From assembly GCF_009834535.1 (NCBI RefSeq), contig NC_045697.1:35652001-35716000 (forward strand): a DNA stretch of 64,000 nucleotides. Reading direction: 5' to 3'. Positions 38,270 through 50,851 of the stretch are shown one piece after another. The stretch is from Camelus ferus (lineage: Eukaryota). The stretch's first letter is position 1, and each line of letters starts with the position of its first letter. Position numbers and translations under genes: made by a program. A model generated the notes under the pieces. That model ran no database searches. It saw only the letters and a list, made by a program, of their open reading frames with translations, and was not told where the DNA came from.

Positions 38270-38910
38270 CTGATCAAAAGCTTAGGATCTACATCTCCTG
38301 GATAATCTCATCAGGTCATCCACCATCCATATCGTGACTCCCAAGCCTCAGCCTGTAGCTCACACCTCTTTACAGTGTTGAGGAACTGCACAGCCATTTG
38401 CCAGCTGCACATCTCTATTTGGAAGTCCCATAGGATCGCAAGCTCAGTGTCTAAAATTGAACTTATCAACCCTTCTTCCCTGCTCCCACAACAGGCTCCT
38501 TCCCTTTGTATTCCTGTCTCAGTAAAAGACTCTAAGATTCCTCTCCTTCCTCACCTCCTTTCCATTCAGTCTATCAAGTGGTGTCAAGTCTCCCTCTTTA
38601 CCATGTGTTAAATCAGCACACCTGCTCTAACTGCCTTTCTCCTCCCACAATTTCCCCTCTGCAACCCTTTTTATCCGGCTATAAATAGCTCTCACCTGCA
38701 TTGATGTACCACATCTCTCTGCCTCCCACCCATTCTCTACCCTGTATCCATGGATGATTGTCTCTTCATGGCTCTCTATTGCCGGAGGGATAAAATCTTA
38801 ATTCCTTACTGATTTGTCTTTCTCTCTAGACTGTGAGTTCCTTGAGCAAAGGAATGTAGTCCAATTCATAATTCAACATTCACGGAATAATATTTGTTGA
38901 GTGAGAGAAA
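38270..38910 (+). mobile_element. L2 fragment
   Basis: Degenerate RT-region sequence, TAGACTGTGAGTTCCTTGAG, and tail ATATTTGTTGAGTGA. Confidence 0.7.
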
Positions 38911-39874
38911 GTGCCTTCAGTGGTTCCATTCCATGGCAAAACACAGCTCTCCTTTTTCTTCCAGAGGTTGGGGGGAGAGGGTCAAGTGGGAGGACAATCA
39001 GGGGTGATGATCTCTGCCTCTCTTGAGTCTTTCAAATAGGAAAGAAGGAAAGTAACCCTCGGCTAGCTGTGTTCCAGTTCTGGGCCACTAGATATCTTAA
39101 AGGGATAAGCTCACTGTATCCCAGCAGATATCCTGTGACTATTACTATCTTCATTTTACAGACGATAAAATTGAGATCCAGTAAAGAATATGCCCAGGCT
39201 CACAAGCTATGTAATTAATCAAGCTTGAAATTGACCAAACCATCTTTCAAACCTTAATCTGGCTAACTCCAAACTTGTGCCTCCTTATGTCCATCAACCA
39301 TATAAAATTTGATCTAAAACTAAGTCTAATAACCTTGTACATAAACCACATCTGATTCAAGCATCCTGTCCACCCTCCCCCAAAAGCCCTTGTGCTCACT
39401 CAGTCCTCTATTCCACCCATCACAGCCCCCCAACCACAGCCCACAGGCTCCAGCAGAGCTCAGAGTTGGCCAGTCTGACTTAGAGATAAGGAGAATGTTA
39501 TGGAACTTTCCTGATCCATTAATATGCATTTTGTTTTCCCAGACCAGTTAGGGAATTTTCATTAAAATTCTTATCTGTAACTGTTTAGTTAGAAGACATA
39601 TTTCCCTCTTTCATAGGTCCGATTCTTGGGAAGAATTAGAGAAGCTAAGTAAAAATAACCAGGGTGCAAAGAGGGAAGTGTATTTCCTGGCATCTGAGTT
39701 TGAAGCTTTCAGAACTTTGGCCCCTGGTAGGTGCTGAGGTGAATGGGGCAATTCGAGCACAGTGAGATTGAACTCGATTCCTCAAGGAGCACAAGTATGT
39801 GAGTGAAGGAAACAATAACATGGGTCATAAGCTTGGGGAAGACGAGTGCAAGATGGGAGCTATTGTCCAACTCA

Positions 39875-40230
39875 ATTCATTTTAAAATTCGACCACATTC
39901 TTAAGCACTTATCATGTACCCAGCACCGAATACAGAAATAACTAAGACATGGTTCCTGCTGGTGAGCTCACAGTCCAGTCAGGCAGACAGACGTGAAAAC
40001 AAAGAAGTAACAATTTATTATGATAATTACTCTAAGTACCTGCATGGCACAGGAGAGAAAGCAAGGGGCTTGTTTTAAGAATCCTAGGGAATTTAGAATT
40101 TAGGATTCTCAGGGGACATGGCATCTCTGTGGAGTTTAGAAGGACGAATAGGAGTTCATCAGACTGAAAGGTGGAGAAAAGTGCTTTAGGTGGAGGGGAA
40201 AAACACATGCAAAATCATACAAGCAAAAAT
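39875..40230 (-). mobile_element. L2 3' fragment
   Basis: AGACATGGTTCCTGCTGGTGAGCTCACAGTCCAG. Confidence 0.65.
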
Positions 40231-41119
40231 GAACAAACAAAAAGCCCACAACTGTGTAGCGTCTGGCAAGGGCTGCTTACAGACCACGTGAGTGTGCATA
40301 AGAGGGTGTGTGCACATCTGTGACGAATCACTGTCTTCTTCCATCTTCTAACGACAGAGAGACGTGTAGGGTTAATTACCAGCAATGCCCTCCCTCTCGA
40401 ATTCTTGATGTATTTCCTAAAGAATGAGTCAAGTCTAAGTATGCTGTGTATGTCTGAATATCCATCGAGAAAAGAATAACACAGGAGGGAAAGGGTCTTA
40501 TAAATGTCACAGCACTGTCCATTTTTATATGATATATGAAATAATATAAATTCACTGCTCTCATAAATTTAGAGAGAAGTCCAACCTTCGCTGCTTGTGT
40601 ATGAGGGCTGTTGGACTTTGTGAACAAAGCATTCTCATATGCTCTAGGGGCCTTTTGATAGCTGCATTATTAGGTTCTTATGGAATGGATTCGGTGGTCT
40701 AAGTCCTCCGGGGGTTGGGATATTCAAGAGAACATCAAATCCAGCTTGTGTGATTTGCCCGGGATGTCAGTCAGCGCTGTCTCTGGCAGCCCCTGGAGAA
40801 AGTTGGCATCATCCTCCTGCATATTTCATTTCTAATAAGCTAGTTCTCTTGCACGAGGCTTTCTATGAGCTCCAGGATAACATGGAGATGTCAGTGGATT
40901 CTGCTCAATTTTGCCAGCTTTTCCTCAGGTTAAAAGGACGCCAAATTCAACACTAGCTGCTGCTTTTAGGAGGTGAGCTCTCTGTGTGATGATAAATTGG
41001 AGTTCAGAAGACTGAAATCTTTTCCCAGTTTTGCAAATATGAGCTAGAGAGTTGGACACACGGAAGCTTGCTCATTAGTTTGCGGTTAGAACATGTCTGG
41101 GTTTGTGACAGAGACTTGA

Positions 41120-41562
41120 GAGCTGCTTCCTATATTCCTCCTCTTCCTTAGAAATACCATCTTGAAGACTATATTCCCAGTTCCCTTCAGTCCAGGTTGA
41201 CCATTGATAGACAAGCAAAAGTTGTAGAGTGGGACTTCAAGAGTTGGTTCTGTTGATAGAACCACCATCTCCTCCCTTTCCACATTCTTCCTACTTCCTG
41301 CTTGGAATCATAACCCAATGGTTGGTGCTCCAGCAGCCATCTTGGATGATGAAGCAAACTTAATGATGGAAACCATGCACTATGGATGGAGAAGAAATAT
41401 AGAAAAAGCCTGCATCCAGATGACATTGAAACCCTGCATTCTAGCCATGGACTGCCTTCTTCTACACTTTGTATTGTATAAGAGAAAAATAACTCCCTAC
41501 ATCCTCTTTAAGCATATGTTATTTGGGTTTTCTACTATATGCAGCTGAAAACAATTCCTAAT
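41120..41562 (+). mobile_element. MaLR LTR (old MLT1)
   Basis: GCTCCAGCAGCCATCTTGGA...TATATGCAGCTGAAAACAATTCCTAAT. Confidence 0.7.
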
Positions 41563-41649
41563 GGGAAACAGTTTAGTATTCTTTTCTATCATATATCAGT
41601 TTTCCTCAAACAGCAGGGAACACAGCTGCCAGCAATTCCAGAGAAAATA

Positions 41650-41900
41650 TACAATAATTGTTCAGAGCTGGGGTGCAGGAGTCAGACTGCCTCAGGCAGC
41701 ATCCTGGCTCTACCACTCATAAGGTCATGACCTCGAACAAATGCCTGAACTATCTTGTGTCTCAGTTTCCTCTTTTTGTAACAGGGCAAACAGTACTTAC
41801 CTTTACAGAGTGGTTGTGAAGATCAAGTTAAACGAGATAACCTATGTATAATGCTTAGAGTATGATCAGCACCTAATAGTCACTCAGCATGAATTAGTTC
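41650..41900 (+). mobile_element. MIR
   Basis: GAGTCAGACTGCC...GTCTCAGTTTCCTC. Confidence 0.75.
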
Positions 41901-43249
41901 TTATTACTGGGGTTTTAGAAGTGTTAGATTATTCCAGCTCTGAGAACCTAGAAGGCACCAGCAGAGAAATCCCAGGGAAGGGCTGGGGTTGTTCCAGCTG
42001 GGGTGAAGATCCATGTGACCAGGAAGATGGGACACTAGGCTGGGTCTAGCCTGGGTCACACGCCCACCTGGTGTATCTAGTGCTTCCCCAGGTGGCCCTG
42101 CTTGGGGAGACACAGCCCCTGTTTCTAGGAATCTGTGAGTATAAGACACTCTTCCTTCGTGTGTGCGTGCGCGCATGCACGCATGTGAGCATGTGCATGT
42201 GCACGCATGCAGAAGTCTGCAATGTTTAGGAAACAGGGACTCAGACTTAACTTTTCTTAAGCCTCAATTTTCTCACAGACTTGCATAACAGACACCAGGC
42301 TTTCCTGATGCTCATGGCTCTGCTTGCCAAGTTTTTTTATCAGCCCTTACTCCAGGGCCTGGATGTTACTTCTCCAAAAATTATCTCTCTAATGAATCAT
42401 GACATTGGCCTCTTATTTTATTTTATCAGATTAACTCTCCTAGGAATATATTTTGTGTCCAAAGGAGATAATAGTAAAATATTCGGTAAGTCAATTTTGT
42501 GGGTATATCTTAACAACTAAAAAGTTTCTCAGAGTCAATGGCTCTTTCTGGAGATTTTAGCATCTTAAAGGAGAAGTCTACCAGGCATGTCCAAAAGTGC
42601 AAGCAGAGGGTTGTGATCAGTGGTTACTGCTGCACTGGGGACTAGGTGGTTGGCAGAGGGATGGGACTCCTTCTGGGAAAAATGAAGCTAGCCTTTCACC
42701 AAATCCAAAAGACTCTGGCACTGGTTTTTTTTTTCAAGTACATCGTGAAAGAGAAACATTTGAAAAGAGACAATGGTCACCCTTTAAAGAAGAAAAATAA
42801 GGATATGATTTATTTAAGTAGTCATCTTTCCAAGCTCTTTTCTTAGTCCTCACAAACCACCCAAGTTTTTGAAGCCACCAATGGCCCCATCACTGTTACC
42901 AAGAGAAGTTCTGGGAGGGTAGAGTTGGCTTTAGTATTGGTTTCCTGAGATAAAACTGTTTCCCGGGTTTCTGGGAGGCCTGAATCCATGATCGTATCAC
43001 TCACATGGTTTTTCACATGATTGCTGAGGGCAGAGATCAAAGTTCAACAGAGCTGACGAGCTGAAAGAACAAGGAAGCTGTCTGTTCTTTCTACCACAGC
43101 TGCAGCTTAGAGTTCTAGGTCTAACTAGATTCCCACTGAATCAGAAACATCTGGATTTTAACAAGCCTTCTAGGTGATTCTGCTGCACAAACAAGTTTGA
43201 GAACCATTAGTCAGAGCCATATTTTATCTCCTTGTTTACTCTTCCCAAG

Positions 43250-43720
43250 CTCAGGGTTTGAGGCTAGACAAACTGGAACTCCACTTTCTGATTAGGTGAC
43301 CATGGTCAAGTTGATGTCTTTGAGTTTAGATGTATTTATTAGTATGGTGGGAATAATTATATCTCAATGTTGTTGCTGGGATTAAGTGAGTTAACGTATG
43401 TAGAACACTGAGTACTGTGCCTGGCAAACAGAAAACACTCAGTGAACAGTTGCCATTACTATTACAAGTACCATTACTGTTTTCTGCCTGTTTGTCACAC
43501 CAATGACAAATCCAGCCACCAGAAGGAGGAAGAGCAGGAGTATTTTATAGCTCTGTGAACTGGAGCAAGTTATGCAAACTTTGGGCCTCAGTTTCCTTCT
43601 CTGCTAAATAGAGATAGCAGCATGTGCCTTGTTGGAGTGTTGGGAAGGTTAAATGAGCTAATACAAGTAAAGCATCTTAGCATAGTTCCTGGCCTGCAGG
43701 AAATGCTCAATTAATATTAG
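43250..43720 (+). mobile_element. Two tandem MIR fragments (about 43250-43460 and 43550-43720)
   Basis: GTGCCTGGCAAACAG and GGCCTCAGTTTCCTTCTCTG cores. Confidence 0.7.
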
Positions 43721-44026
43721 TGACAACGGGGATGATGCACTAGCCCATTGGTCCACTTGTTTTTGTAGCTTTAACATGATTGTCAAGAAAATGGTGGAAA
43801 CAATTGAGATTCTTGGAGAAACAGCATCTTCAGCATGAGGACTTCTCTGTTCCACCCAAGCTGAGTGAGCCATTTCTTCCTCTTGGCAAAGGCCCCCATC
43901 GTGTTACTTACCACACTGCCTTCTCTCCTCGTGTCTATTGTTTACATCTCTGGTGCAAATTAGTGTTCAATAAAAGTCTGTTAGTAAAAGGCTACTTCAT
44001 CTCCAATTGTAATTATACATGTCACC

Positions 44027-44538
44027 TGTGGGAGGCAGAATAATAATCTCCGAAAGATGTCTACCTCCCAGCCCCTGGGACCTGTGAAGGTGTTAGGTTA
44101 TGTGGTGGGTGGGGGCAAGGGGAGATAAGGTTGCAGATGGAATTAAGGTTGCTAATCAGCTGACTTTAAAATAGGGAGGTTAACCTGGGTTATCTGGGTG
44201 GGCCCAAGGTAATCACAAGGGTAAAAGTAGAAGAGGGAATCAGAAGACAGAACCAGAGAGATGCTGTGGGAGAAGGACTCACTTCAAGTTGCTGGCTTTG
44301 AAGATGGAGCAAGGGGGCCATGAGCCCAGGAACACGTGTCTAGAAACTGAGAAAGGCAAGGAAGCTGATTCTCCCCTAAAGTTTTGGAAGGAATGCAGTC
44401 CTGTTGACACCTTGATCTGAGCCTGGTCAGACCCAATTTGAAATTCTGACCTCTAGGATGCTAAGACAATAAATTCATGATGTTTTAAGCCACTAAGGTT
44501 GTGATAATTTGTTTCAGCTGCAACAGGAAACTGCTACA
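44027..44538 (+). mobile_element. Solo MaLR LTR (MLT1D-like), complete
   Basis: TGTGGGAGGCAGAATAAT...GCAACAGGAAACTGCTACA; internal GCTGGCTTTGAAGATGGAG. Confidence 0.88.
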
Positions 44539-45219
44539 TCTTCCTGGGCTCTATTATTACAACTGGTTTAGAACTGACTTTTTTTTTTATCATTTAGCCT
44601 AACCACCTGTACCTACCCCTTTCCTATTAGCAGTAACACCTCTGACTGTGGTGCTAGAGCACTGAAAAGAATTTCTCACTGTGCAGTTATCTATCCTCTG
44701 AGAAAACCCATAGACACATGTCTAGCAGTCTTCAGCTTGAGGTCTAGGGCATGTTCCCCTGCTCAGGGTATGGCCCTTCTTGTGTCTCCTTGGAACTCAG
44801 CCTCTGGTGCTCACCAGGGAAGGTGTGAAACAGCAGCCCATGGGCAGAGAATTAATCCAACAGTCTTCTCCTCTGGGGGCACCTCCTTCCCCAGCATCTG
44901 TCTGCATTCTGTTGGGCAGGAACCACTCAAGAAGGATCCGGTCCCTCCTTTATGCCAGCTCAAGGGAGAGCCAAATGTGGCTCTGTCAGCAAGTGGGTGA
45001 TCAAAGAGCTCCCACCCCCAGCCCTGCCAAGCTTCAGAGAACGGAGGCCACATGGAGGACCTTTCTCTCTCGTACAAGTGTTCTGCTGACCGTCTCCAGA
45101 CATACACGCTTTTACCATGGCCTCTCAGAATTTCAGAGAGACCTTGACCACTTCCATAGTTTGGGGTTCATTTAAAAAAAGGACATATCAAAATATTTTT
45201 AAAACTGGTAGTATATTTA

Positions 45220-45405
45220 GGGGGAGGGGATAGCTCAGTGGTAGAGCTCTTGCTTAGCATGAACGAGGTCCTGGGTTCAGTCCCCAGTACGTCCATTAAA
45301 ATAAATAAAATAAAAACTTAATTACCTCCCTCCTACCCACACCCCCCCAAAGAGACTGGTTAATAAATTAAATATATATATATAATTAAATTAAAAATAT
45401 TTTTA
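45220..45405 (+). mobile_element. Vic-1-type SINE
   Basis: GGGGGAGGGGATAGCTCAGTGGTAGAG...GGTTCAGTCCCCAGTAC...AATTACCTCCC. Confidence 0.92.
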
Positions 45406-46689
45406 AAAGATAGTAAATTTTAAATGTTACATTTAATATATTAACCCTTTAACTCATGAAGCAACAGTGCAGTGTAATGATGTTATTCACAAGAAACTCA
45501 GAATTAATAAAAACGAATTCACAGTATACCAGAGACTCCATAGAATGCTGATGGGGTAAACGTTAAACTGATTGTAACGAACGTCTCCTTTGAATCTTCC
45601 CATTCATCTTGGTGACTCTGCGAATCCCACGCTTTGGAGATAAGAATATCCATTTGAGTAGACCCACTGCCCCACGCCCTCTCTGCATCTGCCCCACCAT
45701 CCACCTCTCCTCACTGCCTGAAATGGTATCAAGCACTCCTGTCTCCACTGGGAATGACATCAAGTAATTTAGTGACGACCTTTCATGATGAGACATCGGG
45801 GGCTGTGAGAAGCACCACACTCCCATGAAAAAGGGGCTGTAGACCTGTGATGGATATACAATCTGCATGTATGCAGACTCCAAACATATATTTCTCCAGC
45901 TGGTCATTAATTTCAGGAAACAGCTTGTACTAGGAACCTGGGCCTGGAAAAACATAACTCTCAGGCAGAATTTATGAAGTTTTTAAGGTTAGTTTTTATT
46001 CCTGCAGAGAGGCTAATCACTGGAGAACTCTCCAGTACCAGGGAGGAAGACCGTTCATCCCATCTCTCTATGCCCCATTGTTTCAGGAAAAGCTAAGCTC
46101 AAGGAGGTGGGTGGCATCTTTTTGGCTCCAATGACCCGAGAGAAGCCAAGAATTCGTAACAGAGCTTCGGTCTCTTTTTAAGGCCAACGTATAGCCTTAA
46201 ATGTGTAGAAGTCATTGGTGCTTCCCTAAATGGACTAACGTGACGTGGCGTAGTCTCTCCCCTGGCCCCCACCACCTTGCAGTGGCCCGTCACTGAATAT
46301 TTTTATTGATGTGGGCAAATGAGTAGTAATGCCAGAAAATGATCCGTCTCAGGGTTGGCCACACTATCTGGGCTGAAGTGTTTATGATTTTCTTTTCCAA
46401 TTGCATAAACTATAGGAAAACACTTTTACATTGCAGAGTTACTGCTGCAGGAGAGAATCGAACAGCTACTTGTTTATTCTTAATAGAGAGGAAGTTATGC
46501 TAAGTGAAACCCAAATTCCAAGTATGATGAACCTATGGCAATGGTCTAAAGTGAATTTCCTCCCTCCCCCCTTCCTTCTTTCTTTCCTTCCTTTTTGTTT
46601 CATTAGTGGTTAAGGCTCAGGTCATGCTGATGGTGCAGCCCTCCCTGAGCCACTTGTGATAACCACACCGTAAAGTGTGACGTATGAAC

Positions 46690-46858
46690 GAGCAGGCAGG
46701 GAGTACTCCAGAATCACCAAGGGGAGCTTTAAACACACTGATTCCTGGTTTCCACCTCCAGGGATCTGACATAATTCGTCCAGGGCAGTGGCTTGGGTAC
46801 TAGGACTTAAAAAAGCCCCATAAGTGGTCTCAATGTAAAATCAAGATTGAGAACCACC
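46690..46858. mobile_element. MER5-like hAT element
   Basis: CAGAATCACCAAGGGGAGCTTTAAA...GATTGAGAACCAC. Confidence 0.65.
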
Positions 46859-47696
46859 AATTTAAGTAAAATGAATGTCAATTGAGTCAAACAGTTTATT
46901 TGATTTTCCTGTTGACAAAACTGAATAAGGAAAATGACTGTGTTGCATGTTTTGAATAGACATGGCCTAAAAGTGATGTAGTTGACTGTTAGTGGATTGG
47001 TTTATTACAGCAGCATTTTACAAACTTAGAAAGAGGCAGAAAGGCAGGAGACTCCATGGGTTTGAAATAATACAGTATCAGTCACATTTTTTTCATGGTC
47101 TAGCCTTCTGTCTGCCAGTCTGCTTCACACTTGCTAAAGTAACAGTATAGGCAGAGTTTCACTGCAGGCTGATGAAATTTCTGGACAATGAGGTCTGGCT
47201 GTGCAGCACAAATTCAACATAATCCTCACACGACCACTGGCCGACTCTAGCCCACTGCAGAGTGTGAAGTCAATTCCTTGGAGGGCTGCCAGCAAATATT
47301 TTTGGCACGGTTCCTGGATCAGCAACAGGATTCTGTCTGTGACATCTGGAACACCCATCTGAAAGGCAAGCAAATAGTTTTGAAATGAAGTTAGGTCTCT
47401 TGATCAATTAGAGACGTGTGTTTGACAGAAACTGTGCAATGCATGAGGTGACCAGCTAGTTTCCAGCAGGTATGAATTCCTAGTGATTCTGGGTTACTGA
47501 CTGTGGAGTGATCAGTTTGGAAGCTGGAAGGTTAGGCGGGGTGAGTCGCAGCTGGGGGTGGTTTAATTAGGATGAGCGAGTAGGTGACCAACCACCTGTG
47601 AGCACTGACAACAGCTGCCTCTGCACGAGGCGGAACCCAGGTCTGGTGCTCTGCCCTTCCTTCCACCTGGACGTGCCATGCCATTCATTCCCGTTT

Positions 47697-47940
47697 AATT
47701 TTTAATTTTTATTTATTTATTGAAGTATAGCCGATTTACAATGTTGTATTAGTTTCTGGTGTACAGCATAGTGATTCAGTTACACATACATATATTGCTT
47801 TTCATATTCTTTTTCATTATAGGTTATTTCAAGATACTGAATATAGTTCCCTGTGCTACACAGTAGGACTTTGTTGTGTATCTATTTTATATACAGTAGC
47901 TCATATCTGCTAAGCCCGAACTCCCAGTTTACCCCGCCCC
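47697..47940 (-). mobile_element. L1 3' UTR fragment
   Basis: TTTATTGAAGTATAGCCGATTTACAATGTTG...TTCCCTGTGCTACACAGTAGGAC. Confidence 0.88.
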
Positions 47941-48056
47941 GCCGTTCCTGTTTTAGAGGGTTACTGTGGTGCTACTGGTTATTATAGCACCATAGACTTG
48001 TGCCTGTAACCGGGAGGCATCTCAGTTGCAAATGTGTATTTATGCGCTTTCAGTTA

Positions 48057-48285
48057 CAGCGAGGTCTCTCAGCCTCAGCACTGTTGACATTTTGGACCGG
48101 ACTTTTTTGTTGTTGTCAGGGGTTGTCCTATGTGTTGTAGGAAGTTAGCAGCACCTTGGCCTCTACCTACCAGATGCCGGGAGCATTCCTTGGGTTATGA
48201 CAACCAAAGATGTCTCCAGACATTGTCACATGTTCCCCAGGAGGAGGGGATGGTACAGGAAAACTGCCCAGGTTGAGAACCAGTG
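48057..48285 (+). mobile_element. MER20 hAT-Charlie element
   Basis: GCACTGTTGACATTTTGGACC...AAAGATGTCTCCAGACATTG...GGTTGAGAACCAGTG. Confidence 0.85.
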
Positions 48286-49499
48286 AGAGGTTCCCCAGAT
48301 TTCACAATGTAAGAAAAATCAGATTTCCTACCCGAAGGCAGAATGATGATTATAAACCACTTTGTCAGTGTCATTCAGTACAAATGAATCTTCCTTATCT
48401 TCAGTTGTCCTAAGCACAGCTTTAATTTAGTCATTAAAAAAATATTATCTTCAAATCCTCACTGGCGTGCAGGACAATGTTCTATTCTCATAATAGGTGC
48501 TCAGTAATGTTCATTGAATGAATAAAAAAATCTGCTTTTCCCCCACTTCTCTCTGCGAGGTCCAGGTGGGGCTCTGGGAAGTTAACATGTAGCCTGGCCC
48601 AAGCCAGTTGGACCTTCTCCTTTCTCTGGACGCAACAGGTCCTAAAGTCAGTTTTGTCAAAGTGAATCACAGGACTCATCGGAAATGTGGGGACAAATGC
48701 ACTCAGCTCGACTTTTTTTTCCCTGCTGGTTTTGAACCTAGAAGGATGTAGTCCCCCCAGAAATTTTGGAAACCACTTTGATACTGTAGAAGAGAGTCAC
48801 TGAAGAGAGATGGAGCAGAGCTGAGAGATGAAAAGGTGAACATCAGATCCTGGAGCTGTCACTGTGACCCTAGGTCCAGGGGTATTTCTAGCCACATCCA
48901 CAGCCCCATGACTCTTCAATTGCTTGAGCCAGTATGTCCCCAGTGGTTTATTTATTTCATTTTTAGTATTTTTTTGCTTAGACTGGTTTGAGTTGGGCCT
49001 TCTATCATTTGAGATCAGAAAAGCCCTCATTTAGACACTGCTCCACGCAAGAGCTGGCCTGTTGTGTGTGTATCATGAGCTGGTAACACTCAGTGCGAAC
49101 GCTGGTTTAGGACTGCATGATCTTGGTGTTGATGAGACCTTAGAAGTAATAGTCTGGCCGTCACCTGACGCAGGGGGCCTCTACCACATTCCTTATCAGA
49201 GGGACACTGGGCCATTGCCTGAATATCCTGGGACGTTCAGAATTTGCCCAAGTCTGCCCATTTTTCTGTAAGCCAGCTCTGGCTGTTGGAGAATTCCTAC
49301 TTATATTAAGTCAAACCTGCTTCTAAGAAGCTTCCATCCTGGAATAAAGGTTGGTGGCTAAATAGGATAAGAGGTTTTTTCTTAAAATAAAAATAAATGC
49401 AATGTATTCTCATTGTCAGTTTTTCTCCATCTCAACCATTCTCAAGCGCTTCCAGCCTCTTCTGAAAGGTCATGTTCCAATTCTCCATAAATGTAAAAA

Positions 49500-49740
49500 G
49501 GAGAGACTTTGGAGTGAAACAGACCTGAGGTTATAACCCATCTTCATAGCTTTTTAGCTGTGACTTTGGAAAAGTTACTTATAGTTCTCTAGTACTTGTG
49601 TTTCCATCAGTCACATGGGGCCCACTAACCCTCTTATGGGGTTGTGGTGAACATTGCAGGGTCTGATGCTAATTAAGTGTCTTTTAGCTCTTAATTCAGT
49701 ACCTGACACATCCATGTGCAGTGGTCCATAAATCACCATT
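49500..49740 (+). mobile_element. MIR
   Basis: GACTTTGGAGTGAAACAGACCTG...TGACTTTGGAAAAGTTACTT. Confidence 0.7.
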
Positions 49741-50724
49741 ATCTTTCTCATCTTATTGCTCTTCTTGTGACACAAGTTTAAGATATTGGTTTAAAATATG
49801 GCCTCCAGAATTCAACACAGTATTCCAGATGGGATCTGACCATCCTAATATTTTGACATCTCTGCTTGGTTTATTTAAGGCTTCTTCTCATGCTTTAGTC
49901 ATCCAAATTGGTATGGGTGGCCCTAACAGTCACATTGTCAGGGTCACAGAAAGTGCAGGTTACATGCAGTGGCTTTTCTTGCCATGCTGTCAGTAGAAAC
50001 CCACGTCCTCAGAAATGTGATCTTTGCCCAGAGACCATCAACACAGAGGTCCAGCTTCTCAGCTCCCGGCTGCCCTAAATCAAAGTTGCATCTAAGTGCA
50101 GGTCAAGGGGCCTGTTTTCCTTTCCACAGCATAGCTCGTTGGCCAGAGAGAAGAGGATGCTGATGTTTCCATTGGCAGGTTGTAACTCCCAGACTAAAGC
50201 AAACCCGATCGTATGATAAAGGGACGTCCAGGAAAATAAGCACAGGACAGGGCTCTGGGGCCACATGGGGACTGTCAAGGCTTAAAGCAAACTCTTTATT
50301 GTCCAGCCAATGTTTGTAGTGCAGTGAAAGGAGTTGTTTAAAGTCTGCACTGATTGGGTACACTTTGTTCTATGAGAAAAACTTTCCTGACTGTTCATAG
50401 ATAGCCCATGTATCCCTTCCACAGTCAACAACAAAATTTAGTACCTACCAGATGCCAGACACTCTTATCACAGTCATAGTAGAAGAAGAAATAATAAGAG
50501 CTGCCCCTTCTTGGGTGCCTGCCACTTCTAGGTTCATATTATTCTCCCCATTTTACAGATTAGGCAATGAGGCTTAGAGAAGTTACATTGCTCACCCGAG
50601 GTCACGTAGCTTAAGAAGCAGGATCAGGATTCAAATTTGAGTTATCGGGGAAAAAATGAATTATCTGAATCTAGAGCTCTCCAGTTACCCCCTACATTTG
50701 CCACGGTAGTTTTGTGATGTGATG

Positions 50725-50851
50725 TGATGATGGAGGGGTTAGCTAACGCTATGGTGGTGATCACTTTGCAGTGTACAAGTGTATGAAATCAACACATTCT
50801 ACATCTTAAACTTACACAATGTTGTTAAGTCAGTTATATCTCAATAAAGCC
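50725..50851 (+). mobile_element. L1MA/MB-like 3' terminus, followed by G13
   Basis: CTTAAACTTACACAATGTT...TATATCTCAATAAAGC. Confidence 0.8.

Noticed and set aside
45220..45295. tRNA gene
   Set aside because: The tRNA-like head runs into the SINE body and A-rich tail, and five similar diverged copies occur in the window, so these are SINEs
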